Counted from the stretch's first letter, positions 18,954 to 30,353 are shown. The stretch: 64,000 nucleotides of DNA from an uncultured Clostridiaceae bacterium (GCA_946998225.1 CAMPYH010000002.1:31163-95162); one strand, 5' to 3'. Notes: a model not told the origin generated them from the sequence alone. Made by a program: numbers and translations.

Positions 18954-20393
18954 ATGGACATTAAAGTATATAACTCACTTACTAGAAAAAAAGAAATATT
19001 TAAACCTGTAGAAAAAGGCGTTCTTAAAATGTACTCATGTGGACCTACAGTCTACGATTATGTACATATAGGAAATTTAAGAGCGTACTTTTTCATGGAT
19101 TTAATATGCAGGGTTTTTAAATTTAATGGATATAAAATTCAAAATGTAATGAATATTACAGATGTAGGACATCTTGTTTCAGATGGAGATGAAGGTGAAG
19201 ACAAAATGATAAAAGCTGCAAAAAAGGAAAATAAATCTCCATTTGATATAGCAAGATTTTATGAGGCTGAATTTTTAAAAGATATAGATAAATTAAATAT
19301 AATAAGACCTTGGAAAATAGTAAGAGCAACTGAACATATAAAACCAATGGAAGAATTTGTAAAAGAATTACTTAAAAATGGTTATGCATATGAAACTGAA
19401 AATACAATATATTTTGATACTTCTAAAGTAAATGATGGAAAACCAATACTTGGAACACAAATAGAAGGTAAAAAAGCTGGTGCAAGAATAGAGTTAGATA
19501 AAGAAAAGAAAAATCCAGAAGATTTTGCTCTTTGGATTAAAGCACCTGAAAACCATATAATGAAATGGGACAGCTTTTTTGGTAAAGCTTATCCAGGATG
19601 GCATCTAGAATGTTCTGTTATGTCAGAAATGTATTTAGGTAAAGTCTTTGATATCCATACAGGAGGCACAGATCATATTCCTGTACATCATGAAAATGAG
19701 ATAAAACAATCTATTGGTAAAAACAACTGTGTACCTTCAAATTACTTTATGCATGTTGAGTTTTTGCAAGTTGATGGTACTAAAATGAGTAAGAGTTTAG
19801 GAAATATATATACATTAAAAACTCTTGAAGACAAAGGCTTTTCACCTTTAGATTTTAGATACTTTTTAATGCAAACAAGTTATAGAAAGTTAATTAACTT
19901 TACATTTGAATCATTAAATGCTTCTAAAATGGCACTTAATAATTTAAGAAAAATATATATTGAACTTGAAGATAGTGTGCAAAAAGATTTAGATAAACTA
20001 AAAATAAGTGAAATAATAAATAGTGAAAAATATACAAATTTATTAAATGAGTTTAAAGAAGCTATAAATGATGATTTAAATATAACAAAAGGTTTAAGCG
20101 TTATTTGGAATATATTAAAAGATGAAAATATAGCTAATGATATAAAATATATCTTTTTGAAAAAAGCAGATGATGTTTTAGGACTTGATCTAGAAAATAG
20201 TAAAAATTACATTAAATTAGATAAAGACGAATTAGAAATTACTGATGAATTAAAACAGCTTTTAGAAAGAAGAAAAAAAGCAAGAGAAAATAAAGATTTT
20301 GCTTTATCTGATGAAATTCGTGATATACTAAAAGAAAAAGGATATACTGTTATAGATCAAAAAGATGGTAAACAAATATTAAATAAGGAGTAA
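18954..20393 (+). CDS. cysS: Cysteinyl-tRNA synthetase
   Basis: Class I HIGN (HIGH variant) and KMSKS motifs; zinc ligand context CGPTVYD; 479 aa. Confidence 0.9.
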   Translation: MDIKVYNSLTRKKEIFKPVEKGVLKMYSCGPTVYDYVHIGNLRAYFFMDLICRVFKFNGYKIQNVMNITDVGHLVSDGDEGEDKMIKAAKKENKSPFDIARFYEAEFLKDIDKLNIIRPWKIVRATEHIKPMEEFVKELLKNGYAYETENTIYFDTSKVNDGKPILGTQIEGKKAGARIELDKEKKNPEDFALWIKAPENHIMKWDSFFGKAYPGWHLECSVMSEMYLGKVFDIHTGGTDHIPVHHENEIKQSIGKNNCVPSNYFMHVEFLQVDGTKMSKSLGNIYTLKTLEDKGFSPLDFRYFLMQTSYRKLINFTFESLNASKMALNNLRKIYIELEDSVQKDLDKLKISEIINSEKYTNLLNEFKEAINDDLNITKGLSVIWNILKDENIANDIKYIFLKKADDVLGLDLENSKNYIKLDKDELEITDELKQLLERRKKARENKDFALSDEIRDILKEKGYTVIDQKDGKQILNKE

Positions 20394-20395
20394 TA

Positions 20396-21511
20396 GTGAA
20401 AAAAGAAAGAATGAGCTTTTTTAAAAAATATTATATATCTACATTTAATGTAGACAATTTTTCTAAAATAGCTGTATTAAAAGATAAAGGTAGAATGTAT
20501 TTAACTTTTTTAATATTTATATTTTCGTTAATATTAACATGTATTTCACTTTCTGCATTTAAACCAATGTATTTAGATGAAATTAAAAAAATGCCAAATT
20601 TTAAAATTGAAAAAGGTAAGATTGAACTAGAGAAAAATGAAAATTTAAATGAAAAAGATATAGCTAAATACAATAAGAAACTGTATAAAATAGACTTATC
20701 TTTTATAAATATATATCCAAATATAACTAATAGAGATTATATTAAAATTAAAGATAATATTAGAGACTTAAAGATTGAAGAAATTGAAAAAGGGAAAAGC
20801 GATCTAGTAGAAAAATTCTTTATAGATATAGCTAAAGAAAACGATATGCCAGAATCTAAAATAAAAGAAGAAATAGAACTACTTGATGAAGTACCAGTTT
20901 TAATATTAAAAGATGGAATCTATTTTAATATATCTACAAGAAAATACATGCCTTTAAATCAATTTATTAAAGAAGATGTATTAACTAAAAAAGAACTAAT
21001 AAATGTTTTTGATAATAATTTTAACAAAATTGTATTTGTACCATTTTATATGTCTATAGTAATAGTACTTTTCTTTGTTACAATTATTATGAAATTAGTA
21101 GCTGGAATATATATGAGTCTTGCAAGTTTAATATATAAAACTAACTTATATATGATTCCAAATATAAGAAGTAAAATATCTAATTATGGAATATCTGGAG
21201 CATTTACTTTATTTATAATACTTACAGCTCTATCAATTAAAAATATAATTCAAGGTATAGATGTGCTTCTTATATCTACATTTATATATATTATATATTT
21301 AAATATAATTACAAAAATATTATTAAATGATGTAAATACTATAAAACAAATTAAACAATTTGAATTACAAACTGTAAATGGCTTACCTATTGATGAATTT
21401 TTTGATAATCTAGAAAAGGAAGCCAAAGATAAAAAAGAAAAACTAGATGAACTTAAAAAAGATGACGAAAAGGAAAAAGAAGATAAAGAAGAAAGCAAAG
21501 AAGAAAATTAG
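20396..21511 (+). CDS. Hypothetical polytopic membrane protein (DUF1189-like?)
   Basis: Several predicted TM segments and a KE-rich C-terminus. Start ATG at 20396 overlaps the cysS stop region. Confidence 0.45.
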   Translation: MKKERMSFFKKYYISTFNVDNFSKIAVLKDKGRMYLTFLIFIFSLILTCISLSAFKPMYLDEIKKMPNFKIEKGKIELEKNENLNEKDIAKYNKKLYKIDLSFINIYPNITNRDYIKIKDNIRDLKIEEIEKGKSDLVEKFFIDIAKENDMPESKIKEEIELLDEVPVLILKDGIYFNISTRKYMPLNQFIKEDVLTKKELINVFDNNFNKIVFVPFYMSIVIVLFFVTIIMKLVAGIYMSLASLIYKTNLYMIPNIRSKISNYGISGAFTLFIILTALSIKNIIQGIDVLLISTFIYIIYLNIITKILLNDVNTIKQIKQFELQTVNGLPIDEFFDNLEKEAKDKKEKLDELKKDDEKEKEDKEESKEEN

Positions 21512-21528
21512 AAAGGCAAGTATTTTAT

Positions 21529-23574
21529 ATGAATAAGAACAATAAAAATAATTACGAAAATAATAATGAAGATAGTAATTTCATAGAAAAATATAAAAAC
21601 ACTATAATAGTTTCAGCACTTTTATTATTAGTTATATTAGGTAGCATAATATTTACTAATATGAAAAACAAAAAAGATAAAAAATATACATATAATGAAT
21701 TTATAGAAAATTTATCTCAAAATACTGTAGAAAAGATAACTACTGAATCAGGTAGTAAAAGCGTTATAGTAAGACTAAAAAGTGATGAAAGAATAAAAGA
21801 AGAAAACGAATTTAAAAAACAAATAGATACTCTTAAAGGTGATGAAAAAGCTAAAAAAGAGGAAGAGTTTAAGAAATATAAAGAAAAAAAGAAAAACGAA
21901 CTAATAGATAAAGAAAATGATAAAAAAGAATTTTTAGCATCTAAAAAGAAAAATGAAGATTTAAAAAAGAGAACTAAATCTTTAATTGTTCCAAATACAG
22001 AAACATTTTCAAATTTTGTACAAGATGAAATTAAAAAAGGAAATGATGCTATTTATGAAATAAATACACCACCTGTATATTTAAAAATAATAGATATGTT
22101 AATTAGCTTTTTACCATTAATATTATTTGGAGTTTTAGTATATTACACAATTAAAATGCAAAACTTTGGTGGTAAAAATAAATTTTATGATGATGATGCA
22201 AAACAAGAATCTAAAATAAAATTTAAAGATGTAGCAGGACTTGATGAAGAAAAAGGTGAATTAGTAGAAATAGTAGACTTTCTTAAAAACCCAGATAAAT
22301 ATGCAAAAATGGGTGCAAAGATACCAAAAGGTGTACTTTTATATGGAGCACCAGGAACTGGTAAAACATTAGTTGTAAAAGCAATTGCAGGAGAGTCAGG
22401 AGTACCATTTATATCTATGAGTGGATCTGAGTTTGTTGAAATGTTTGCAGGTCTTGGAGCATCAAGAGTTAGAAAACTTTTTGAACAAGCAAGAAAAGTA
22501 GCTCCATGTATAATCTTTATAGATGAAATTGATGCTATTGGTGCATCTAGAACTACTGGAGGATCTGGAGGAGATAGCGAAAACAATCAAACATTAAATC
22601 AATTACTTGTTGAAATGGATGGTTTCGAATCTAGTGAAAATATTATAGTTATAGCAGCTACAAATAGACCTGAACTTTTAGATCATGCTCTTTTAAGACC
22701 AGGTAGATTTGATAGACATATCGCAATACCAAAACCAGATATAATTGGAAGAGAAGAGATATTAAAATTACATGCAGAGAATAAAAAAATAGCTGAAGAT
22801 ATAGATTTTAAAGCTCTTGCAGGTGATACAGCTGGATTTACTGGTGCAGATCTTGCAAATATATTAAACGAAGCTGCAATACATGCTACAAGATATAAAA
22901 GAGATGAAATAATTCAAGAAGATATTGAAGAAGCTATAAAGAAAGTAACAATTGGCTTAGAAAAGCAAAATAGAGTTGTATCTAAAAAAGATAAAAAAAT
23001 AACTGCATATCATGAAGCAGGACACGCAATAGTAAGTAGATGTCTTAAAACAACTGAGAAAGTAAAGGAAGTATCTATAATTTCTCGTGGTATGGCTGGT
23101 GGATATACAATGTATCAATCAACAGAAGATAAGTCATATATTTCAAAAACAGAATTATTCGAAAATATAATTACATTATTTGGAGGAAGGGCAGCTGAGG
23201 AGATATATATAAAAGATATATCTACAGGTGCAAGTAATGACTTAAAAGTTGCTACAAATATTGCAAAAGAAATGGTTGTAGGTTATGGAATGAGTAATAA
23301 AATTGGACCTATATCTATGAATTTTGATGAACCATCAGATTTAAATTTCTTTGGACTTGATATAACTAAAGAAACTGGAAATGAAATTAAAAAGATTCTT
23401 ATTGATGGATATAAAGAAGCTATAAAAATACTTAAAGAACAAGAAGATACAATACATGATTTAGCATCTGTATTAATTGAACAAGAAAAAATATCTGGAG
23501 ATGAATTTGAAGAAATATTCTCAAAGAATCAAAAAGATGATAAATATTCAGATAGTAGTTTTAGAGGTGAATAA
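21529..23574 (+). CDS. ftsH: ATP-dependent zinc metalloprotease FtsH
   Basis: Walker A GAPGTGKT, Walker B IIFIDEID, the SRH region, and the zinc motif HEAGHA. Confidence 0.95.
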   Translation: MNKNNKNNYENNNEDSNFIEKYKNTIIVSALLLLVILGSIIFTNMKNKKDKKYTYNEFIENLSQNTVEKITTESGSKSVIVRLKSDERIKEENEFKKQIDTLKGDEKAKKEEEFKKYKEKKKNELIDKENDKKEFLASKKKNEDLKKRTKSLIVPNTETFSNFVQDEIKKGNDAIYEINTPPVYLKIIDMLISFLPLILFGVLVYYTIKMQNFGGKNKFYDDDAKQESKIKFKDVAGLDEEKGELVEIVDFLKNPDKYAKMGAKIPKGVLLYGAPGTGKTLVVKAIAGESGVPFISMSGSEFVEMFAGLGASRVRKLFEQARKVAPCIIFIDEIDAIGASRTTGGSGGDSENNQTLNQLLVEMDGFESSENIIVIAATNRPELLDHALLRPGRFDRHIAIPKPDIIGREEILKLHAENKKIAEDIDFKALAGDTAGFTGADLANILNEAAIHATRYKRDEIIQEDIEEAIKKVTIGLEKQNRVVSKKDKKITAYHEAGHAIVSRCLKTTEKVKEVSIISRGMAGGYTMYQSTEDKSYISKTELFENIITLFGGRAAEEIYIKDISTGASNDLKVATNIAKEMVVGYGMSNKIGPISMNFDEPSDLNFFGLDITKETGNEIKKILIDGYKEAIKILKEQEDTIHDLASVLIEQEKISGDEFEEIFSKNQKDDKYSDSSFRGE

Positions 23575-23792
23575 TGGATAATTCAAAAGCTGATAAAATA
23601 GCTATACTAACAATTATTATAGCTGTAATAATTATAATAGGAATTGGTTTTTCTATGAGTGCTATAGTTAAAAATAGAAGAGAAGTTGAAAAAACAAGGA
23701 AAACTCCTGTTGGAGATGAAGAAAGAGAATTAATAAAACAAAAATTAAATGAAAATTTTAATTCAAATATGGAGGAATTAAATGCTAGGTAA
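23574..23792 (+). CDS. Small membrane protein (72 aa)
   Basis: ATG overlaps the ftsH stop (ATAATGG). One TM helix (IAILTIIIAVIIIIGIGF). Confidence 0.4.
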   Translation: MDNSKADKIAILTIIIAVIIIIGIGFSMSAIVKNRREVEKTRKTPVGDEERELIKQKLNENFNSNMEELNAR

Positions 23793-24915
23793 TTATATAA
23801 TAGCTTTTATACTAGGCATACTTACAACATACATACTTATGCCAAATGTAATAAGACTTGCTGAAAGAATAGGAGCAATAGATGTTCCAAAACTTCAAAG
23901 AAAAATACATAAAAGACCTACACCTAGATTAGGTGGACTTGCAATAATAATTTCATTTATATTTTCTACAATATATTTATTATTACTTGCATATGTTGAA
24001 AAGACAATAAGTATATCTTTCTTTACAGAATATAAAAAGCAATTTTTAGGTATTGGAATATCAATATTTATTATAACTATAATGGGAGTTCTTGATGATT
24101 CAAAAGGACTAAATCCATTTATAAAATTAATAATGCAATCAATGGCTGCTTTAATTACAATATACTGCGGTATAACTATTAAAAGTATAGATTTTTCTTC
24201 AACAGGCGTTATTAATTTAGGAAAAGTATTTACATATGTAATTTCATTTTTCTGGATAATTGGAATAATGAATTCTATTAATTTAATAGATGGTTTAAAT
24301 TGCCTTTCAACAGGAATAGTAACTATAGCTTTAACTTCTTTACTATTCATATTTAAACTAAATTCATCACCTATTATTGCGACAATATTTGCAGTATCTT
24401 TACTAGGATCAATTATTGGATTTATACCATATAATAAAACACCTGCAAGAAGCTTTGTAGGTGATACTGGTACTAATTTCTTAGGATATATGATAGCAGT
24501 TATATCTATTTTAGGTATAGCAAAAACATATACTTTAGGAATAATAATATCACCTGTAATTGCTTTAATACTTCCAATAGTAGATACAGTTTTTGCAATA
24601 TTTAGAAGACTATTTACTAAAAAATCTCTTAAAGGAGTTTTTGAAGCAGATAAAGGACATTTACATCACAGATTATTAAATAAAGGTTTAACACCACACC
24701 AAGTTGTATATACTTTTTATCTAATAACTGCATGTTCAGGACTTCTTGCAATACTTCTATTAGAAGGAAATATAACTAAGATATTAACATTTGGATTAAT
24801 AGTTACAATACTTACAGTTTTAGGTTTTAATGATATATTAAAACAAATAAACGAAGAAAAAACTAAATATCTAGAAACAATTAAAGAGGAAGATAATGAA
24901 AAGAAAACTAAGTAG
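23782..24915 (+). CDS. Glycosyltransferase family 4 (MraY/WecA/TagO-type polyprenyl-phosphate HexNAc-1-phosphate transferase)
   Basis: About 10 TM helices with conserved MraY-superfamily loops (VLDDSKGL, NSINLIDGLNCLSTG, VGDTGTNFLGY). Confidence 0.8.
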   Translation: MLGNYIIAFILGILTTYILMPNVIRLAERIGAIDVPKLQRKIHKRPTPRLGGLAIIISFIFSTIYLLLLAYVEKTISISFFTEYKKQFLGIGISIFIITIMGVLDDSKGLNPFIKLIMQSMAALITIYCGITIKSIDFSSTGVINLGKVFTYVISFFWIIGIMNSINLIDGLNCLSTGIVTIALTSLLFIFKLNSSPIIATIFAVSLLGSIIGFIPYNKTPARSFVGDTGTNFLGYMIAVISILGIAKTYTLGIIISPVIALILPIVDTVFAIFRRLFTKKSLKGVFEADKGHLHHRLLNKGLTPHQVVYTFYLITACSGLLAILLLEGNITKILTFGLIVTILTVLGFNDILKQINEEKTKYLETIKEEDNEKKTK

Positions 24916-25723
24916 ATCTGAAGAAATTTCTAGAAGTATTATGACTAAATTTAGAAAAACAATTTATGCTCCATTTTTAAGAGCTTTAGATGAATATGAT
25001 ATGATTCAAGATGGAGATAATATTATGGTATGTATATCTGGAGGAAAGGATTCATTTTTACTTGCAAGATGTCTTCTAGAGATACAAAAATATGGTAATA
25101 AAAAGTTTAATTTAAACTTTGTTCTAATGGATCCTGGTTTCAAACCAGAAATATTAGATATTATAAAGGAAAATGCAAAACTTTTTGAAATAGATTTACA
25201 AATACATAAAACTAGAATATTTAAAATAGCTGAAAAGCAAGATAAAGGTGCATGTTATTTATGTGCAAAGATGAGGAGAGGAAGCCTTTATACTATTGCA
25301 GAGGAGATAGGTGCTAATAAAATAGCATTAGGACATCATAATTCTGATGCAATAGAGACAATACTTTTAAATCTTTTTTGGGGTTCAGAGTTTAAAGCAA
25401 TGATGCCAAAACTTAGAAGTTCAAATTTTAAAGGTTTAGAATTAATAAGACCACTATATTTAGTAAATGAAGAGGATATAATTGCTTGGCGTAATTACAA
25501 TAATCTTGAATTTATTAAATGCGCATGTCCATTAACAAATTACAAACAAAAAAGTGAAGGATTTTCAAAAAGAGATGAGGTAAAGAGCCTTATTAAAAAT
25601 TTAAAAAAAGATAATCCTAATATAGAAAAAAGCATATTTAATGCTAGTGAAAATGTAAATTTAGATGCAATATCTAAATGGAAAATAAATGGTAAAATAC
25701 ATAGCTTTTTAGAGGATTATTAA
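24896..25723 (+). CDS. ttcA: TtcA-family PP-loop ATPase (tRNA 2-thiocytidine synthase-like)
   Basis: SGGKDS PP-loop plus CYLCAKM and CACP Cys pairs. The annotated start overlaps the GT4 gene by 20 nt; an internal Met near 24941 is an alternative start. Confidence 0.75.
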   Translation: MKRKLSRSEEISRSIMTKFRKTIYAPFLRALDEYDMIQDGDNIMVCISGGKDSFLLARCLLEIQKYGNKKFNLNFVLMDPGFKPEILDIIKENAKLFEIDLQIHKTRIFKIAEKQDKGACYLCAKMRRGSLYTIAEEIGANKIALGHHNSDAIETILLNLFWGSEFKAMMPKLRSSNFKGLELIRPLYLVNEEDIIAWRNYNNLEFIKCACPLTNYKQKSEGFSKRDEVKSLIKNLKKDNPNIEKSIFNASENVNLDAISKWKINGKIHSFLEDY

Positions 25724-25788
25724 TAAAAATACAGCATACAAAAGATATATTAAATCAATATTAAAATATTATAGGAAGAATATCTAAA

Positions 25789-27708
25789 ATGGAAAGAAGT
25801 AGAAAACAAAAAAATATTATATTACAAATACAAAATTTAATATATTTATATCTAATCTTATTTCCAATTTTAGATGTTTTTTTGTATTTTGCATCTGTAG
25901 ATAAAACTTCTTTAGTATATAAAAGTATAATATCTTTTCAATATGGATTTTTAATGATTATATCTTTATTTTATTTAACTAGAGCAAGTTTTAAAGAAAA
26001 AGTATATGCAGTATGTTTAACCATTTTATATATAGTTATAAATAATGTTTTACGAGGTATATCTCTAAGCAAAAATATTGAATTAAATATATTAATAACT
26101 GGCTTAAATAGAGCATATTTAATTATTTTAGCTATATATGTTTTATTTAAATCATTTTATAAAAAGCCTTTAGTAAAACTTAGTATGACTTTAAATTATG
26201 CAGCCTTTTTATACATATTAACATTACTTATAAGTATAATAACTAAAACAGGAAATTTTGAATATATAGATAGTTTAAAACTTAAAAAAAGCTATTATGG
26301 TTGGTTTAATTCAAAAGATAGCATATATCTTTTAATCCATTTATATTTGATAAGTGCATATATGTTTTTAAGAAACAAAAAAAACAAAAACTTCACAGCG
26401 TTTTTAATTTTAATTTTATCAATATTTTTAGGAATATTATCTCAAGATAAAAAATTAAGAATATATGTTGTAGTTTTAGCTTTTATATATTTAACTTTAA
26501 TATATATATGTAATGTAATATTAAGTAATCTTTTAAAAAGAGAAATTAAAGAAGAAAAAGAAAAGTATCTAGATAAATATTTAAAAGATGAAAAACAAAA
26601 TATTAATAAGAAAACATATAGATGGTCAAAAATATTTAAAGATATATTTAATTACTTAAAGTTTTTAAAACCAGAATATATATTTAGTATTATAGGTCTT
26701 ATGGTTTCAGTAATATCTGTAATTAAAAATCCAATTGATTTAAATATGGTATATATATTTATAAGTATTTATATAATATATATCTTAAACTATTACATTA
26801 AGTTTAAGGAAATTAAAACAAATTATGAAAAATATAAACTAGATGAATCTAGAAAATATTTTAGAGATGTTTTAGAAAGTAAAAAGAAAAATGAAACCAG
26901 TATACAAAAAAGACTTGAACTAGAATCAACAATAACACTTCATGATATATTAGATAGAACACAATCAATATATCTAAATGCAAGTTTAAATGAAAAGATT
27001 AAGAAAAATATTTTAATTAATGTTTATGATCAAAAGGATTTAAATGATGGATATTTAATTAGTATTTTAAATAATATAGGTTTAAATATACAAATTAATT
27101 TAATAATTAATAAATTAGAAAAAGAAAAATTAACTAGAAATAGAATATATACATATACAGGAAATAATAAATTTAATACATATATTTTAAACAAAAATAT
27201 ATTTGTAAAAGATAATATTAATGTATCTAAATTTAAAAATATATATTTTAATTTATTAAATAATGTTTCTACTAATTTATTTATTAAATTAAATAAGTTA
27301 GATTTAACTGAAAGAAAAATAACATATATAAATATTGAAGATATAAATAGATTAAAAAAAGAAAATACAAAAAGAAAAAAAGAAATTTTATGGATCACAA
27401 ATAAAGATAATTTTAATTGGAGTTTTAAAGAAAAAAGAAGCGTTAAAAAGATAATAGATGAAAATATTATGTGTAATTATTACACAGATATAATTATAGA
27501 AAATAGTTTAGTATATGATGAGTTATTAAATTATACAAATGAAAGAATATACTATAAACAAAAAGAATTATCTGAATTTAAGAGTGATACAAACATAATA
27601 AATAGAATAAGCTTTATTAAGCTACACAATATAAAAACTAATAAAGATAAAGAAGAAGATAATATTAATGGAGTAAAACTAATAAGGAAAATATTATTCT
27701 TAGATTAA
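25789..27708 (+). CDS. Polytopic membrane protein (possible Wzy/O-antigen-polymerase-like) with a large soluble C-terminal domain
   Basis: About 10 hydrophobic helices in the first about 300 aa, followed by about 330 aa of soluble sequence. Confidence 0.45.
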   Translation: MERSRKQKNIILQIQNLIYLYLILFPILDVFLYFASVDKTSLVYKSIISFQYGFLMIISLFYLTRASFKEKVYAVCLTILYIVINNVLRGISLSKNIELNILITGLNRAYLIILAIYVLFKSFYKKPLVKLSMTLNYAAFLYILTLLISIITKTGNFEYIDSLKLKKSYYGWFNSKDSIYLLIHLYLISAYMFLRNKKNKNFTAFLILILSIFLGILSQDKKLRIYVVVLAFIYLTLIYICNVILSNLLKREIKEEKEKYLDKYLKDEKQNINKKTYRWSKIFKDIFNYLKFLKPEYIFSIIGLMVSVISVIKNPIDLNMVYIFISIYIIYILNYYIKFKEIKTNYEKYKLDESRKYFRDVLESKKKNETSIQKRLELESTITLHDILDRTQSIYLNASLNEKIKKNILINVYDQKDLNDGYLISILNNIGLNIQINLIINKLEKEKLTRNRIYTYTGNNKFNTYILNKNIFVKDNINVSKFKNIYFNLLNNVSTNLFIKLNKLDLTERKITYINIEDINRLKKENTKRKKEILWITNKDNFNWSFKEKRSVKKIIDENIMCNYYTDIIIENSLVYDELLNYTNERIYYKQKELSEFKSDTNIINRISFIKLHNIKTNKDKEEDNINGVKLIRKILFLD

Positions 27709-27734
27709 TTAATATTATATAAATAAGGGAAAAT

Positions 27735-29735
27735 ATGAATAAATTTACAGTATCTGTAATAACAATTATAGATAAATATCAAGACAAATTACCATATCTT
27801 TATGAGAGCTTGATTGCAAATACTGATAGCGGAATTAATATTTTTTGGAATATATACTGTAATGAAGAAGATTTATTTGCAAGTGAAATATTAAAAAACT
27901 TTACTGATTTACCTGAAAGTAGAAATGGTGGATTTTTAAAGATTAAAATAATATATGGTAATTTAAATAGATTTGATGCAGAAGACGAGTGTTTAAAACA
28001 CTCTTTTGGTGATGTTGTAGTTAATGCATATCCTGATGCTGTATTTATTCAAGATGCATTTAAAAAGGTTCAAGAAAACATATTTTTTCTAAAAGATATT
28101 TATGGTTTTGCTTTTTTAGAAAAGAATATGAAAGAATATTTAAGACCAAATGAAAATATTAAAATATTAGATTTAATGCTTAATGAAGAAAAGTTTAATG
28201 TTCCAATATTTTTTAATTTAAATATTAGGAAAAAAGTTAAAAATAATTTAAGATCAATAAATGACGATATACCAAGAGAGGTTCCTAATTTATCTTATCT
28301 AGATTTAGATAAATATGGATATATCTTTGCACTTAATATCCCTATTGTTCAAAGTACACAAGAATTAGAAGAAAACAATCAAGAAGAAGATCTTGATGAA
28401 GAAGATTTAATTAAAAGAAATATATCTAAAAGCCCTAAAATCTTTAAAATATTTTATGAAAACATATTTAAATTAGGTAGAAAATATTTTAGAAAACATA
28501 ATATTAATTTAAAGAAACATATATCTAGATATATATATTCATTATACATATTACATCAAGGACCAAATTTAAATAAAATAGAAGATAAAATATTAAAGCT
28601 AAATATTAGGTTTAAGTATCTAATTCAAAACATAATATATAAAATCAAAAATAGAAATACAGAAGATAGAAAAGAAAAAGATAAAAATATTCAAAAAAGA
28701 AAATTAAAAGAAAGATATTTAATGCTTCTTGCAAAAGATAAACCTGAAATAAAAGAACAAGGAATTACTAAACTTGCTAGTTTATCTAGAGGAGAAAAAA
28801 TTAATACATATCTTAGTAATATAGATTTTGAGACTTTAAATAAAAATCCAAGAATAGAAAATGAACCAGAAGAAATTAAAGAAGCTGAAAAAGAAGAAAA
28901 AATAGATACAAATAAAACTATAAAAGTAGATATAAAAGAAGACAAAAAAGATAATACAGATATAGATGAAGAACAAAAAACAAAAGCCTTTGATTTCAAA
29001 GAATTAAATCTTTCTAGTGATTATAAAAACTATATAAAAAATATGAATGATTTAAAAAATGATCAATATAAAGTAGAAGAAAAAACAACTATTATAGATA
29101 CTCAAGAAAAAGAAATAAATGAACCAGAAGATTTAAATATAAATAATAAAACAGATTCTTCCTTAAATTTTGATCTTATTCTTGAAAAAACACTTGTTAC
29201 AAAGAAACTCTCTAATATTAAAGAAAAAAGAGAAACACAGCTTACAGATAAAATTGTATACTCTGATGTAAGCAAAAATACAGTAGAACAAAATCTTGAA
29301 ATATTAAAAGAATTAGAAAAAGAAGAAAAAAGACTTATCGAAGAAAAAGAAAGATTAAAAAAAGAAAAAGAACAAGAAAAAGAAAATAAACGTATTAATG
29401 CTTGGAATAACTACATTTCTTCACATTATAAAGAAAAAGAAAAAGAACAAGAAAACAATGAAAATAAAGATATTGAAACTGAAAAAATAGAGATAACAGA
29501 TCAAAAAAACGAAACAAATAAAACAGATAAAGCTAAAGACGAAAATAAAATTGAAGATAAAAATACAAGTAAAGATAATAAAAAAAGAACACTTACTGCT
29601 TTAAATGAAGATGGATCTGTTAAAATACTAGATAATCTAGAAGATAAAAAACAAAAATATCTTCAAATGGCTAAATCGAAGAAACAACAAACTGATCAAG
29701 TTGAAGACTATTTATTTGGAGATGAATTTAATTAA
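27735..29735 (+). CDS. GT2-like N-terminal domain protein with a long K/E-rich coiled-coil tail
   Basis: N-terminus FTVSVITIIDKYQDKLPYLYESL resembles the family 2 glycosyltransferase opening (xSVIIPxYN...L.SL). The C-terminal 300 aa are charged low complexity. Confidence 0.4.
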   Translation: MNKFTVSVITIIDKYQDKLPYLYESLIANTDSGINIFWNIYCNEEDLFASEILKNFTDLPESRNGGFLKIKIIYGNLNRFDAEDECLKHSFGDVVVNAYPDAVFIQDAFKKVQENIFFLKDIYGFAFLEKNMKEYLRPNENIKILDLMLNEEKFNVPIFFNLNIRKKVKNNLRSINDDIPREVPNLSYLDLDKYGYIFALNIPIVQSTQELEENNQEEDLDEEDLIKRNISKSPKIFKIFYENIFKLGRKYFRKHNINLKKHISRYIYSLYILHQGPNLNKIEDKILKLNIRFKYLIQNIIYKIKNRNTEDRKEKDKNIQKRKLKERYLMLLAKDKPEIKEQGITKLASLSRGEKINTYLSNIDFETLNKNPRIENEPEEIKEAEKEEKIDTNKTIKVDIKEDKKDNTDIDEEQKTKAFDFKELNLSSDYKNYIKNMNDLKNDQYKVEEKTTIIDTQEKEINEPEDLNINNKTDSSLNFDLILEKTLVTKKLSNIKEKRETQLTDKIVYSDVSKNTVEQNLEILKELEKEEKRLIEEKERLKKEKEQEKENKRINAWNNYISSHYKEKEKEQENNENKDIETEKIEITDQKNETNKTDKAKDENKIEDKNTSKDNKKRTLTALNEDGSVKILDNLEDKKQKYLQMAKSKKQQTDQVEDYLFGDEFN

Positions 29736-29786
29736 CATAATAAATCTATCATTGACTGATATATAAAAAGAAAGTAAAATTTATTT

Positions 29787-30353
29787 ATGAATAAAAATAA
29801 AAATAAATTACTTTCTTTTTTCATTATTTCTGTATTTTGTTCCGTTTCTTTTGTAACAGGCATTTCTTCCGGTTTAGAATCAGTAGGAAAAAATATTACA
29901 TGGCCTACAGAAAAAACAACAAGAATAACATCTAAATTTGGATATAGACCAAATCCAATAATAGGCGGTAAAATGCATTTTCATAATGGTTTAGATATTG
30001 GAGCACCTCCTGGTGAAAAATTAATAGCTATTGAATCTGGTAGAGTCATATTAGCAGAATTTTATGGTGGTTATGGCTTTACAGTAATCATTGAAGGAAA
30101 TATTACTAAAAACAAATACCTATATGGACATGTTGATGAAAATCTCTTAGTTAAAAAAGACATGGAAGTTAATATTGGTGATGTTATTGCAAAGGTTGGT
30201 AAATACAATGTTAGCTACTCTAAAGGTAATCCATATAAAGATAAAAATGGTAAACCAATAAATGGATTTACTACAGGCCCACATTTACATTTTTCAGTTA
30301 TTAAAGATGGTAAATTCATTGATCCTCTAGAATTCTTAAATACAAAGAAGTAG
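29787..30353 (+). CDS. M23 family (LytM-like) peptidase, secreted
   Basis: Signal peptide. M23 motifs HNGLDIGAPPG (HxxxD) and GPHLHFSV (HxH). Confidence 0.85.
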   Translation: MNKNKNKLLSFFIISVFCSVSFVTGISSGLESVGKNITWPTEKTTRITSKFGYRPNPIIGGKMHFHNGLDIGAPPGEKLIAIESGRVILAEFYGGYGFTVIIEGNITKNKYLYGHVDENLLVKKDMEVNIGDVIAKVGKYNVSYSKGNPYKDKNGKPINGFTTGPHLHFSVIKDGKFIDPLEFLNTKK

